Of a stretch of DNA of 64,000 bases, positions 22,887-35,121 are shown piece by piece. The stretch is from Nitrospirota bacterium (lineage in GTDB: Bacteria > Nitrospirota > UBA9217), in contig CAVUHW010000026.1 in NCBI GenBank assembly GCA_963741205.1, positions 288,001-352,000 on the forward strand. The letters are read 5' to 3'. Within the stretch, counting starts at the first letter, position 1, and the number at the start of each line of letters is the position of its first letter. Below the pieces are notes generated by a model that did no database searches, was not told where the DNA came from, and saw only the letters and a program-made list of their open reading frames with translations. Position numbers and translations under genes: made by a program.

Positions 22887-22981
22887 TGGAGATTGCCCCG
22901 GCGCGGGAATGCCCTTAGCAGTAGATGTACAACCGCGAGACCTTCGGCTTTTCCAGCCGGTCCTGTCATTGCCGCGAAAAT

Positions 22982-23029
22982 AAAAAAAAGGCCGAGCGCG
23001 CGATTCTTGTATCCTTCGGCAGCTCGGCC
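22982..23029 (-). terminator. Intrinsic terminator forming the riboswitch expression platform
   Basis: GGCCGAGC...GCTCGGCC followed by T8 on the minus strand; the 5' arm lies within the aptamer. Confidence 0.8.
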
Positions 23030-23096
23030 ATCTTCTCCTCGTGAAGATTCGTGACTTTCCGTCCCCTCCTTGCGGAGGGTTTGGCTTTATCGGGAC
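23011..23096 (-). ncRNA. c-di-GMP-I (GEMM-I) riboswitch aptamer
   Basis: Minus strand reads CCGAUAAAGCCAAACCCUCC-GCAA-GGAGGGGACGGAAAG...GAGCUGCCGAAGG: AAACC/GGACGGAAAG core, GNRA loop and YGCCGA 3' end. Confidence 0.85.
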
Positions 23097-23241
23097 TGTT
23101 TTCTGTATTAAGCCTGAGTTCCTCTCTTGGCACCGACTTATTGCCGCCCCTTATCCATGCTGCGAACTCTTCCCCGCTTAGCTTCCCGCCAATCGGATAA
23201 CATCCATCCTAATTAATATATAGCTCCGGCCCGACTTGCTG

Positions 23242-23757
23242 TCAAGAAGCGGCGGGTCTGCCTGGCATTGCTGCGGCGGCCCCATGCCCCGAACCCGCAT
23301 GTGCCGGCGAGATCACGACGCCCTTCGCTCCTGCTGCTCGGCAACCCCCCTGAAAGTCCCGCTCGATGTTCCTGATGAAGTCTTCCCGGCGCTTTTTGTA
23401 ATAGCGGGTCTTGACGCCGGTGTATATGCGGTAATCGATAAAAAAGTAAAGCTCGAAGCTGCTTACCGCGACGGCGGTCATGACAATGGAGCTCTTCAAT
23501 TTGAACAGTTCCCGGTGTGCCTCAAAATCAATCGCGACAAGCCCGATGACGACCAGGACCAGGGCGCAGAGAATAAAAAAGAAGATTGTAAAAAATCTCC
23601 GCTCCAGTTCCATGAACTCGACAGACTCAACGTAGTCGAACAGCCTCCCGGCCCTGGACTCGAACGTTGCCCAGTCGCACTTCCCGGCATAATAGAGGAG
23701 AGCCTTCCGGTGGTTTTCCACCTCCTGATTGAACCGTTCGGCAAGTTGCCTCTTCAT
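23242..23757 (-). CDS. Hypothetical membrane protein (about 2 TM helices)
   Basis: 171 aa ORF with AGGTGA RBS and two hydrophobic stretches. Confidence 0.7.
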   Translation of the reverse strand: MKRQLAERFNQEVENHRKALLYYAGKCDWATFESRAGRLFDYVESVEFMELERRFFTIFFFILCALVLVVIGLVAIDFEAHRELFKLKSSIVMTAVAVSSFELYFFIDYRIYTGVKTRYYKKRREDFIRNIERDFQGGCRAAGAKGVVISPAHAGSGHGAAAAMPGRPAAS

Positions 23758-23802
23758 ACGACATCACCTGCCCTTTCCTTAATAATATACGGTAGGGGCT
23801 CA

Positions 23803-24150
23803 TCAACAGTGCCCGCCGATCTTTTCTCCTTTTGCCGCCGCGACATACTCCATGATCTCTTCGGGACCGCATTCAATGCAGCGGTCAATCCCCTGGATAA
23901 TTTGAATATCCTCGCACTGCGTGTAAGCCCGTTTGAGCCCCGGATCGCTGAGCCGTTTGAGCACAAGGGACTTGGGCCTTATGTACGTGCTGCTGCAGTT
24001 CATGCAGATCCAGATAAAGTTCTGCTTAGCGGTCTCCAGGCACTTCTCGCACACGAAGACATGCTGCCCCGGCGCGATTTCCGCCTGAATCGTCGTCATT
24101 CCTACTCTGCATACCTGACAGAGCCCTTTACTGTTCAGATAATCTTCCAT
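23803..24150 (-). CDS. Hypothetical protein with four CxxC motifs (double Zn-ribbon-like)
   Basis: CQVC, CEKC, CMNC, CIEC; AGGGGG RBS. Confidence 0.75.
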   Translation of the reverse strand: MEDYLNSKGLCQVCRVGMTTIQAEIAPGQHVFVCEKCLETAKQNFIWICMNCSSTYIRPKSLVLKRLSDPGLKRAYTQCEDIQIIQGIDRCIECGPEEIMEYVAAAKGEKIGGHC

Positions 24151-24315
24151 AACTTCCCCCTTTGGACCAAGAGAACCATGTCTGTTGTATCACCTAAACC
24201 CTTGGTATGTTCTCGATCCACAAAAGGCTGCGATCCCGCTTCAGTCGGGAGTGCTTAAAACAACGGCTGGACATTTCTGCCCACTAACAGCATTACTTAT
24301 ACTAAAATAATATAT

Positions 24316-24331
24316 AGCAATTAACGTGCCG
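24316..24331 (-). promoter_or_regulatory. sigma54 (-24/-12) promoter
   Basis: Minus strand CGGCACG-TTAA-TTGCT; IHF-like TATCAATGAGATA near 24392. Confidence 0.75.
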
Positions 24332-24555
24332 GTGCCGAGTGAGAGACTGTCAAGGCTTTCGGCTGAAAACTGAATAACATATTTTTCACATTATCAATGA
24401 GATATTCCGCAGTATAACTACGTGTTCATAAGCAAGGGGAGGCGTGTTCAGGGAAGGTATATCAAAATGGATAGGTCAAAATAGGACACAGTGGGTAATA
24501 ATTGTTACATTATTGACATAGTTAAAAAGCGGATTGTTGGAAAGATATCCGATGC

Positions 24556-25827
24556 TCATAAATTCCCGCGCAATCTTTCCGCGTTCAGTATCCTCTTGAC
24601 CGCCAGTTCATATGCCGCCTTGCGCATGCGGCACCGGGCCTCGCGGCAATGGCCGCTGACGTCATTATAAGCGGTGATCATGATCTCCCGGAGGCGCGAC
24701 AGGACTTTCTCCTCCGGCCACGTATCGTTGCTCAAGTTCTGGCTCCACTCGAAGTAGCTCACCACGACACCTCCCGCATTCGCGAGAATGTCCGGGATGA
24801 GAAAAATATTTCTGTCGAACAGGATATCGTCCGCGGCCGAGGTCGTCGGTGCGTTGGCGAGTTCCAGGATGATCTTTGCCTTCACGTCTTTCGCATTATT
24901 CGCATCGATCTGGTTGGAAAGCGCCGCGGGGACGAGGACGTCGCAGTCGACCGTCAGAAGCTCTGCGTTCGTGATTTCCTGTGCGCCCGGGAATTCCGCT
25001 ACGCTGCCCGTCTGCTTCTTGTGCTCCATCACCGCCGGAATATCGAGACCTCCGGGATCCAGAACGCCGCCTTTCACGTCGCTTACGGCGATGACACGGT
25101 ATCCCCGTTCGTGAAGGAGCCTCGCGGCGTTCTCGCCCACGTTGCCGAATCCCTGCACTGCCACGCGCAGTCCGCGGGGCTCCATCCCCTGTTCCGCGAG
25201 GGCCTGCTCGAGCACATGGATCCCGCCCAGGGCGGTGGAATACCTTCGCGCTACGATGCCTCCCAGCTCCGGCGGCTTGCCCGTGACCACGGCGGGCGAA
25301 TGCTCGCGCCTGATCCGCTCGTACTCGTCGAGGATCCACGCCATGATCTGCTCGTCGGTGTAGACGTCCGGCGCGGGAATGTCTTTAAACGGTCCGATAT
25401 AGTCCGCGATGGCGCGGATGTACCCGCGCGTCACGAGTTCGAGGTCCCGCCGCGAAAGGTCCATGGGATTGACGACAACGCCGCCCTTCGCGCCGCCGAA
25501 GGGGATGTTCACAACGGCGCACTTGAGCGCCATGAGAAAGGCGAGTTCGCCCGCGTGGTTGGCGTCCATCTCGGGATGGAAGCGGATGCCGCCCTTGGCC
25601 GGGCCCCGCGCATCGTTGTACAGGACGCGGTAGCCGGTAAAGATCTGCGTCTTTCCCGTGGTCATCTTCACCGGAAAGCTGACGGTAAAGGACTGCTTTG
25701 GAACGGACAGCAGGTCCAGCTCGTCCTGCGAGAGGCCGAGGTCCGCGTAGATGTTCTGGAGCTCCGTCATGCCGAGGCTGCGGAGGTCCTGCTCGTCGCG
25801 GTGTAATCGGTCATGGTCACGTTGCAT
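24556..25827 (-). CDS. gdhA: Glu/Leu/Phe/Val dehydrogenase (glutamate dehydrogenase)
   Basis: GPAKGGIRFHP, PFGGAKGG, DIPAPDV, VQGFGNVG, NAGGVVVSYFEW. Confidence 0.92.
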   Translation of the reverse strand: MQRDHDRLHRDEQDLRSLGMTELQNIYADLGLSQDELDLLSVPKQSFTVSFPVKMTTGKTQIFTGYRVLYNDARGPAKGGIRFHPEMDANHAGELAFLMALKCAVVNIPFGGAKGGVVVNPMDLSRRDLELVTRGYIRAIADYIGPFKDIPAPDVYTDEQIMAWILDEYERIRREHSPAVVTGKPPELGGIVARRYSTALGGIHVLEQALAEQGMEPRGLRVAVQGFGNVGENAARLLHERGYRVIAVSDVKGGVLDPGGLDIPAVMEHKKQTGSVAEFPGAQEITNAELLTVDCDVLVPAALSNQIDANNAKDVKAKIILELANAPTTSAADDILFDRNIFLIPDILANAGGVVVSYFEWSQNLSNDTWPEEKVLSRLREIMITAYNDVSGHCREARCRMRKAAYELAVKRILNAERLRGNL

Positions 25828-25830
25828 GGA

Positions 25831-27383
25831 TTACCTCGGATGAATGAAGTTCAGGTATGCATTCGCAAGTGGCATCGGAGTCAAGGAATACATCTTCATG
25901 ACGTCAACTTGCTCCTCGCTATCATTCGGGCATGCCGAACTGTGCCCTCGAACTATTGCTTTAGTCAATCCCGTCTTCTTCGCCGCATCGGCGACAGCGG
26001 CGGAAACGGACGCAACGACGGTGCGGTCGAAAATGCTCGGGATGATGTAATCCTCGTGCAGTTCTTCGGTAGCGACCGTATGGGCGATGGCGTGGGCAGC
26101 CGCGAGTTTCACTGCCTCGTTCACGCCCCGCGCCCGAACGTCCAGAGGCCCCGGAAGATGCCGGGGAAGCCGAGCATATTGTTGATCTGGTTCGGGTAGT
26201 CGGACCTTCCCGTTGCCATGACCCGCGCCAGCGAATGCGACCTCTTCAGGCGAGATCTCCGGGTCGGGATTGGCAAGGGCGAACACGATGGGGTCCCTGG
26301 CCATCTTGCGTACATCGTCGGCGGTGATGACGTTCGGCGCGGAAAGGCCGATGAACACGTCGGCGCCTTTCATAGACGTCCGATATGCTTCCCCTGCACC
26401 TCGCGCGGATTGGTTATCTTCGCCAGTTGCCGCTTGTAGGGGTCCATGCCGTGCTTCCTGCCGGCATACAGGGCGCCGGTCCTGTCACACACCGTGATGT
26501 CCTTTACGCCAGAGGCGAGGAGTATCCTGGTCACGGCCGAACCTGCAGCACCCGCGCCCACCACGACGACCTTGAATTTTTTCAGGTCCCGTTTCAAAAG
26601 CCGCGAGACGTTGATAAGCGCCGCCAGCGCAACAACACGACGTCCCGTGCTGGTCGTCATGAAACACGGGGATGTCGAGCAGTTTCCTGAGCCTGCTCTC
26701 AACCTCGAAGCAGTGGGGCGCGGAGAAGTCTTCGAGATTGATGCCGCCGAATGCCGGCGCGATGTTTTTCACCGTGGCCACGATCTCATCCACATCCTTG
26801 GTCGCGAGCACGATCGGGAACGGCGTCGATGCCGGCGAATTCCTTGAAGATCATGGCCTTGCCTTCCATGACAGGAAGCGCCGCCTCGGGCCCGATGTCG
26901 CCGAGGCCCAGGACCGCGGTGCCGTCGGAAATAACGGCGACGGAATTGCCTTTGATGGTGTAGCGGTAGGCATGCTCTTTATGCTCATGGATGTCCATGC
27001 AGACCCGCGCCACGCCCGGCGTATAGACCTTGGACAGGTCGTTGCGGTCCCTTACCGGAAGCTTGTTCCTGATCTCGATCTTGCCGCCCTCATGGGCGGA
27101 GAAGGTGCGGTCCGAGACCCTGATGACCTTGACGCCCGCCACGGTCTTGATGGCCTTTACGATGGCTTTTTCGTGCATCCTCGTTCTGGGCGTTCGACGG
27201 TAACGTCCCGGATGATCTTGCCCTTCTCCACGCGCACGATGTCCACGGAGCCCAGGTCTCCGCCGGCGCTCGAAATGGCCGTTGCGATCTTCGCGAACAT
27301 CCCGACCTGTTCTCGATCTCGACCCTGATGGTGATGCTGTAGCTGGGGCTGCAGCTGTATCCGGGCGTGCACACGTTGTCCAT
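25831..27383 (-). CDS. NAD(P)-dependent malic enzyme with N-terminal ACT domain (several frameshifts)
   Basis: [11 protein letters not shown] (ACT), [52 protein letters not shown]. Confidence 0.9.
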
Positions 27384-27586
27384 GGCGTTTCTCCTTTACC
27401 ACTTATTATAGATTCAATCCCGGCGATGGTCAACTCACGGCCGCTCATACATAGTATACATGTACTGCTGCTCAAGAGGGTTAACATCCTTTTATAAAAA
27501 AATCACCGTGCAAAAATCGGATAAAGTATGTATAATTGTAACCATTGTCGTCAGGACCATCGATCAACCGACCATTGAATATCGTT

Positions 27587-28981
27587 ATGACTGACTACCG
27601 CATCGAAAAAGACTCTCTCGGCGACGTACGGGTTCCCTCGGACGCGCTCTACAGCGCCCAGACCCAGCGGGCAGTCGAAAACTTTCCCGTTAGCGGCATC
27701 CGCTTTCCCCGGGTTTTCATCAAGGCACTCAGCCTCATCAAGGCGACGGCCGCTGAAGTCAATGCCGGCATGGGACTGCTCGATGCCGGGATCGCCCAGG
27801 CTATCTTCGATGCCTCCCTCGAAGCGGCCGACGGCAAATGGGACGAGCAGTTTCCCCTCGATATCTTCCAGACCGGATCGGGAACGTCGACGAACATGAA
27901 CGCCAACGAGGTGATCGCGACGCGGGCGACGCAGCTTCTCGGCAAGCCGGATAAGCCGGTCCATCCCAACAATCACGTGAACATGGGCCAGTCGTCCAAT
28001 GACGTCATTCCGGCAGCGATCCACGTAAGCGCCTATCTCGAAACAAGCGAAGTGCTCATTCCTGCGCTGAAGCATCTTCACAGCGCGCTCAAAAAACGGG
28101 AAGCGGAGTTTCATGATATCGTAAAAACCGGGCGCACTCACCTGATGGACGCCATGCCTGTGAAGCTGAGCCAGGAAATCGGCGGATGGGCCTTCCAAGT
28201 GCAGCAGGCCATCGAACGCATTGAATCCACGCTCCCCCGTCTTGCGAAGCTTGCCCTCGGCGGCACTGCGGTCGGAACGGGCATCAATGCACCCAAGGAA
28301 TTCGGGAAGATCGTAGCCCAGCGGCTTGCCGGCAGGACGAACCTGCCCTTCAGGGAAACAGACAATCACTTCGCAGCACAGGCGACCATGGACACTGCTG
28401 TGGAGCTTTCGGGCCAGTTGAAAACCACGGCCTCTTCATTCATGAAGATGGCAAACGACCTGCGCTGGATGAACAGCGGGCCCATTGCCGGCCTCGGCGA
28501 GATAGCGCTTCCCGCCCTGCAACCCGGTTCGAGCATCATGCCCGGCAAGGTGAACCCGGTCATGTGTGAGATGATGATGATGGTGTCCGCCCAGGTCACG
28601 GGAAACGATGCGACAATCGCTATCTGCAACCAGCAGGGGAATTTCGAGCTGAACGTCATGCTGCCGGTCATTGCCCATAATCTTCTTCAGTCCGTCACGC
28701 TGCTCGGAAACGCATCCCGCCTGCTGGCGGACAAGGCAATCGCCGGTTTCACCGTGAACCGCGAGCGCATCGCGGGACTCGTGGACAAGAACCCGATACT
28801 CGTCACGGCGCTGAATCCCGTAATCGGGTACGACAAGGCGGCACAGATCGCAAAGAAGGCTTATGCCGAGGGCCGGTCCTTAAAGGAAGTTGCCGCAGAG
28901 ATGACGAACCTGTCCAAAGAAGAGCTGGACAAATTGCTCGATCCGAGGCCCATGACCGAGGGCGGGATTAGCGTCGCATAG
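27587..28981 (+). CDS. fumC: Fumarate hydratase class II
   Basis: QTGSGTSTNMN, GRTHLMDA, GSSIMPGKVNP. Confidence 0.95.
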   Translation: MTDYRIEKDSLGDVRVPSDALYSAQTQRAVENFPVSGIRFPRVFIKALSLIKATAAEVNAGMGLLDAGIAQAIFDASLEAADGKWDEQFPLDIFQTGSGTSTNMNANEVIATRATQLLGKPDKPVHPNNHVNMGQSSNDVIPAAIHVSAYLETSEVLIPALKHLHSALKKREAEFHDIVKTGRTHLMDAMPVKLSQEIGGWAFQVQQAIERIESTLPRLAKLALGGTAVGTGINAPKEFGKIVAQRLAGRTNLPFRETDNHFAAQATMDTAVELSGQLKTTASSFMKMANDLRWMNSGPIAGLGEIALPALQPGSSIMPGKVNPVMCEMMMMVSAQVTGNDATIAICNQQGNFELNVMLPVIAHNLLQSVTLLGNASRLLADKAIAGFTVNRERIAGLVDKNPILVTALNPVIGYDKAAQIAKKAYAEGRSLKEVAAEMTNLSKEELDKLLDPRPMTEGGISVA

Positions 28982-29047
28982 GGCAGAGTGGCGAAGCAGG
29001 CCCCCTTTGCTCCATGCTCTTTGCAGATGAGCTGAAGGATAACAATC

Positions 29048-29717
29048 ATGTTTCTCCCAACATCCACCGTCGGCAGAAAAATCATCATGGCCATTACCGG
29101 CCAGATCCTGGTCTTCTTCATCGTCTTTCATATATCCGGCAACTCGTCGATCTTTTTCCACACGCTCAACGCCTATGTCGTATTTCTCCACTCCCTTCCC
29201 GTTGTTATCTGGGGCGGCCGGCTCTTCCTGCTCGCCGCCTTCGGCCTTCATCTCTGGTACGGCGCCGTATTGAAGCTCGAAAATTATGAAGCGAAACCTC
29301 AGCCCTATGCGGTTACTCACTATTATCAGGCCACCTTCGCGGGCAGGAATCAAATCTGGACCGGCGTTATCATCGCGGCTTTCCTCGTGTACCATCTTCT
29401 CCACTTCACGCTCCAGGTGACGAACCCTATCTATCGCGGCAGTCTCCAACAAGGACGCCCTCGGCAGACCGGATACGCTCATGATGGTGGTCAGAAGTTT
29501 TCAGAATATCGGAATTTCAGGAATCTACCTGCTGTCTCTTGCCGCCCTTGGACTGCATCTGCTCCACGGCATCCAGAGTTCATTCCAGTCCTGGGGACTC
29601 ACAAACGACCAAACGCTGCCGGTCATTGAAGCATCGGGAACCGCGGCTTCTATCGCACTCTTTTTCTGGTATTGCGCGATCCCGGTTTCGATTGTGTTGG
29701 GGATATTTAAGGGATGA
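29048..29717 (+). CDS. sdhC: Succinate dehydrogenase/fumarate reductase cytochrome b subunit (frameshift near 29450)
   Basis: STVGRKIIMAITG, HISGN, HLLHF, HLLHGIQSSFQSWG; upstream of sdhA. Confidence 0.88.
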
Positions 29718-29846
29718 GATGATCCGATAGCAGCCATTCCCACACGGCAGGCATGGATTTTCTCTTTTTCACTTCCTGGCTTTGTGCGAGACAGGTTTTA
29801 TGCGACGTTGTCATATTCAGTTCTCGTTATCTGGAGCTTATCAAAG

Positions 29847-31760
<1,914 letters not shown>

Positions 31761-31784
31761 ATTGCGGAATGCGCAATAAAGGTC

Positions 31785-31871
31785 GTCATTCCCGCCCCTG
31801 CTTTAAGCATGCTGGGGCAGGCTCAAGCGGGAATCCAGGGTCTCTGGAGTCCGGGTCAAGCCCGGAATGAC
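31785..31871. repeat. REP-like nested palindromic element (GTCATTCCCGC...GCGGGAATCCAG...GGAATGAC type)
   Basis: Terminal GTCATTCC/GGAATGAC inverted repeat with internal hairpins, between sdhA and sdhB. Confidence 0.7.
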
Positions 31872-31889
31872 AGTCGGGATGATTCTTTT

Positions 31890-32633
31890 ATGAACTTAAC
31901 CCTCTATGTTTGGCGTCAAAAAGGCCCCAAGGACAAAGGCAATCTCGTCCGGTACGAAGCAAAGGACATCAGCTCAGACATGTCCTTTCTTGAAATGCTC
32001 GACACCGTGAACGAGGGCCTTATCAAACAAGGGGACGAGCCCATCGCGTTTGACAGCGATTGCCGCGAGGGCATCTGCGGCATGTGCGGCCAGGTCGTGA
32101 ACGGCATCCCGCACGGGCCGCGGAAGAACACGACGGTCTGCCAGCTCCACATGCGCCGCTTCAAGGACGGCGACACGATCTACATCGAGCCGTTCCGCGC
32201 CAAGGCCTTCCCGGTAATAAAAGACCTCGTCGTGGACCGGAGCGCATTCGACAGAATCATCCAGGCCGGGGGCTACATCTCAGTCCACACGGGCGGCGTA
32301 CCCGACGGCAACGCGGTCCTCATTCCGAAGCAGGACGCAGATACGGCCATGGACGCTGCCGAGTGCATCGGCTGCGGCGCCTGCGTCGCTGCCTGCCCGA
32401 ACGGTTCGGCCATGCTCTTTACTTCCGCGAAGGTATCACACCTTGCTATGCTGCCCCAGGGAAAACCCGAAGCCGCCCGCAGGGTCTGCGTCATGACCGA
32501 GGAAATGCTGAAGCAGGGTTTCGGCAATTGCAGCAATCACTACGAGTGCGAGGCCGTCTGTCCCAAGGGGATCAAGGTGAAGTTCATCGCAAAACTCAAC
32601 CGTGAATTTATCAAGGCGCAAATGCCGGGATAA
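31890..32633 (+). CDS. sdhB: Succinate dehydrogenase/fumarate reductase Fe-S subunit
   Basis: [34 protein letters not shown]. Confidence 0.95.
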   Translation: MNLTLYVWRQKGPKDKGNLVRYEAKDISSDMSFLEMLDTVNEGLIKQGDEPIAFDSDCREGICGMCGQVVNGIPHGPRKNTTVCQLHMRRFKDGDTIYIEPFRAKAFPVIKDLVVDRSAFDRIIQAGGYISVHTGGVPDGNAVLIPKQDADTAMDAAECIGCGACVAACPNGSAMLFTSAKVSHLAMLPQGKPEAARRVCVMTEEMLKQGFGNCSNHYECEAVCPKGIKVKFIAKLNREFIKAQMPG

Positions 32634-32754
32634 GACAGCGGCAAAAAGAAGGAAACAGTGTCCGACAAATGTTTTACCATCGGGGTTCCTATAGTGTACA
32701 ATATACTGCGTAAGTAAGGCGACGTTAATTCCACGATACGAGGGAGGAGAGACA

Positions 32755-34017
32755 ATGAAAAGAGTACTGGCATTACTGCTCATGGCGATTTTCATCGTAC
32801 CAACCATCGCGACGGCTGCAACGGTGAAGTTGGGCTTCATCAATGCAATCACCGGTCCGGAAGCGCCCATCGGTGAGAACCTGTCGAACGGCGTGACCCT
32901 CGCCATTGAAGACCTGAAGAAAAAGGGCATCGATGTGGACCTGGTCAAGGAAGACGATACCGGCAAACCCGATAAATCGCTGGCCGCATTCGAGAAACTC
33001 GCCACTCGGGATAACGTCGCGGGCATCGTGGGCCCCTACACGTCGGCCACGGCCAACGCCGACGCCAAGATAGCCGAACGCTACAAAGTTCCGTTGATCG
33101 TTCCGGCAGCCTCTAAGGAGGAAATCACACGACAGGGCCTCAAGTGGACTTTCCGGGTTTCGGGCACGACCGGCGACTACGCGGGCGTGCTGCTCGACCT
33201 CGCCACGACCCTCGGCAAACCCAAGACGATCGCGATCCTGAACGAAAATACCGACTTCGGCGTTTCAGCGGCAAAGAGCGCCAAGACCATTGCAGAACAG
33301 AAGGGCATCAAGGTGGTCTTCGAGGAAGCCTACTCCAAAGGCTCTCCTGACTACCGCTCCACCCTTGCCAAAGTAAAGGCCACGAACCCCGACCTCGTGT
33401 TCATGGTTTCCTATGTGGCCGATGCCATCCTGCTCATGCGTCAATCGCGCGAGATCGGGCTTACACCCATGGCCTTCCTCGGCGCGGGCGCAGGGTTCTC
33501 GGTGGCCCAGTTCGCCAAAGAGCAAGACATCAGCAACGGCATCTTCTCCTCCACACAATGGACCGAAGACGCGCCGTGGGGCAACTCCAAGGCATGGTTC
33601 AAACGCTATGAGAAACAGTTCGGAAAAGCTCCTACGTATCACGCAGCCTGCGCGTACGAGTCGATGATGATCATGGGCCAGGCCGCAGCTGCCGTGGGCG
33701 GGGACCGCGAGAAATTGCGCGAAGCGCTTCACACCGGCAAGTGGAACGGCATCCTCGGCGAGGTTTCCTTCCCGGACTTTGAGGGTTACCAGAACCAGCG
33801 CAAAGCCTTGATGCTGGTCGAGCAGGTGCAGAACGGACAGCACGAGACCGTATGGCCGCTCAAGGAAGCCGCCAAGAAGCCTATTTGGCCGTTCCCGGGC
33901 TGGAAAAAGTACGGATGTTATGAAGGGTCAAGCAGCAAGGGTCATGGGTCACAGATCTTGTTGCCTTCCATGACTCCTTGCTACTTGACCCTTGACCTCT
34001 ATACAGGCAATCAATGA
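32755..34017 (+). CDS. livK: Branched-chain amino acid ABC transporter substrate-binding protein (true stop probably near 33912)
   Basis: Signal peptide, EDDTGKP, VGPYTS, typical C-terminal WPFPGWKK; the tail runs through an intergenic-type repeat. Confidence 0.88.
   Translation: MKRVLALLLMAIFIVPTIATAATVKLGFINAITGPEAPIGENLSNGVTLAIEDLKKKGIDVDLVKEDDTGKPDKSLAAFEKLATRDNVAGIVGPYTSATANADAKIAERYKVPLIVPAASKEEITRQGLKWTFRVSGTTGDYAGVLLDLATTLGKPKTIAILNENTDFGVSAAKSAKTIAEQKGIKVVFEEAYSKGSPDYRSTLAKVKATNPDLVFMVSYVADAILLMRQSREIGLTPMAFLGAGAGFSVAQFAKEQDISNGIFSSTQWTEDAPWGNSKAWFKRYEKQFGKAPTYHAACAYESMMIMGQAAAAVGGDREKLREALHTGKWNGILGEVSFPDFEGYQNQRKALMLVEQVQNGQHETVWPLKEAAKKPIWPFPGWKKYGCYEGSSSKGHGSQILLPSMTPCYLTLDLYTGNQ
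33923..33993. repeat. Heptamer-based long inverted repeat
   Basis: AAGGGTCAAGCAGCAAGGGTCATGG...CCATGACTCCTTGCTACTTGACCCTT. Confidence 0.7.
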
Positions 34018-34880
34018 GTGTATTCCTCCAGTCCCTGATAAGCGGCATTCTGATCGGCGGGGTTTACGCCCTGATCGGCATCGGCTTGACCATCATCTTC
34101 GGGGTCATGCGGGTCATCAACTTCGCCCACGGCGATCTCCTGATGCTCGGCATGTATGCGACCTATTTTCTTTTCACCCTTGTCAATATTGACCCCTTTA
34201 TGTCTATCGTCGTGACCATCCCGCTTATGTTCCTGTTCGGCGCATTCCTGCAAAAAGTATTCATTAACCGCATGCTCGGCGCCCTGCCCCAGAACCAGAT
34301 ACTGCTCACCATCGGCATGGGCCTCGTCATGAGCAACTCGATCATGCTTGCCTTCACCTCGGATTACAAGATCCTGTCCACGACCTATTCTTCCAGCAGC
34401 TTTAATATACTGGGCATTTCGATCTCCAGCCCGCTGCTCATCTCGTTCGGCATCACCGTCGTCATCACCCTGGCCTTGTACTGGTTCCTGTATAGAACCG
34501 ACACGGGCCAGGCGATCCGCGCAACGGCACAGGACCGCGACGCCGCCCAACTCATGGGGATCAACGTTAAGCGCATGTCGATCATCGCGTTCGGAATGGG
34601 GGCCGCCCTGGCAGGCACCGCGGGCGCGCTCATAGCGCCGACGTACTACATTTTCCCGCAGGTAGGCAGTGTATTCACCCTGAAGGCCTTTGTCATCACC
34701 GTGCTCGGCGGCATGGGCAGCATCGTCGGCGCGACCCTGGGGGGCGTTCTCATCGGCATTGCAGAGTCCGTAGGCGGCGTCTATCTCGGCTCCGGGTGGA
34801 AGGACGTGATCGTGTTCATCCTGTTCCTGCTGGTGCTTCTCTTCAAGCCTTCGGGGCTTTTGGGCACGTCGAAGGATTGA
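34014..34880 (+). CDS. livH: Branched-chain amino acid ABC transporter permease
   Basis: GLTIIFGVMRVINFAHG, VLGGMGS, KPSGLLG. Confidence 0.92.
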   Translation: MSVFLQSLISGILIGGVYALIGIGLTIIFGVMRVINFAHGDLLMLGMYATYFLFTLVNIDPFMSIVVTIPLMFLFGAFLQKVFINRMLGALPQNQILLTIGMGLVMSNSIMLAFTSDYKILSTTYSSSSFNILGISISSPLLISFGITVVITLALYWFLYRTDTGQAIRATAQDRDAAQLMGINVKRMSIIAFGMGAALAGTAGALIAPTYYIFPQVGSVFTLKAFVITVLGGMGSIVGATLGGVLIGIAESVGGVYLGSGWKDVIVFILFLLVLLFKPSGLLGTSKD

Positions 34881-35121
34881 GTGGGTTTAAGAAACCTTCT
34901 GCAAAACGCTTGAGATAGTATCGAACAAAAAAGTATTTTTTCTTTGACAAGAATGATGATCGAAAAGTACGCACGAATAAGAAGCGAGACGATGACAACA
35001 AAAGAGGGTTTATCGATTTTCTTACGAGACCAAGAATTAATATTTCCTTCATTTGTCTTTGCGGAGACGCTTCGAGGTTTCGATTTCCGGTCCGGAAAAA
35101 TATGAGCTTATCAAAAACAAC

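Noticed and set aside
23011-23096. cGAMP-selective (GEMM-Ib) riboswitch
   Set aside because: The position equivalent to G20 is G, not A, which favours c-di-GMP.
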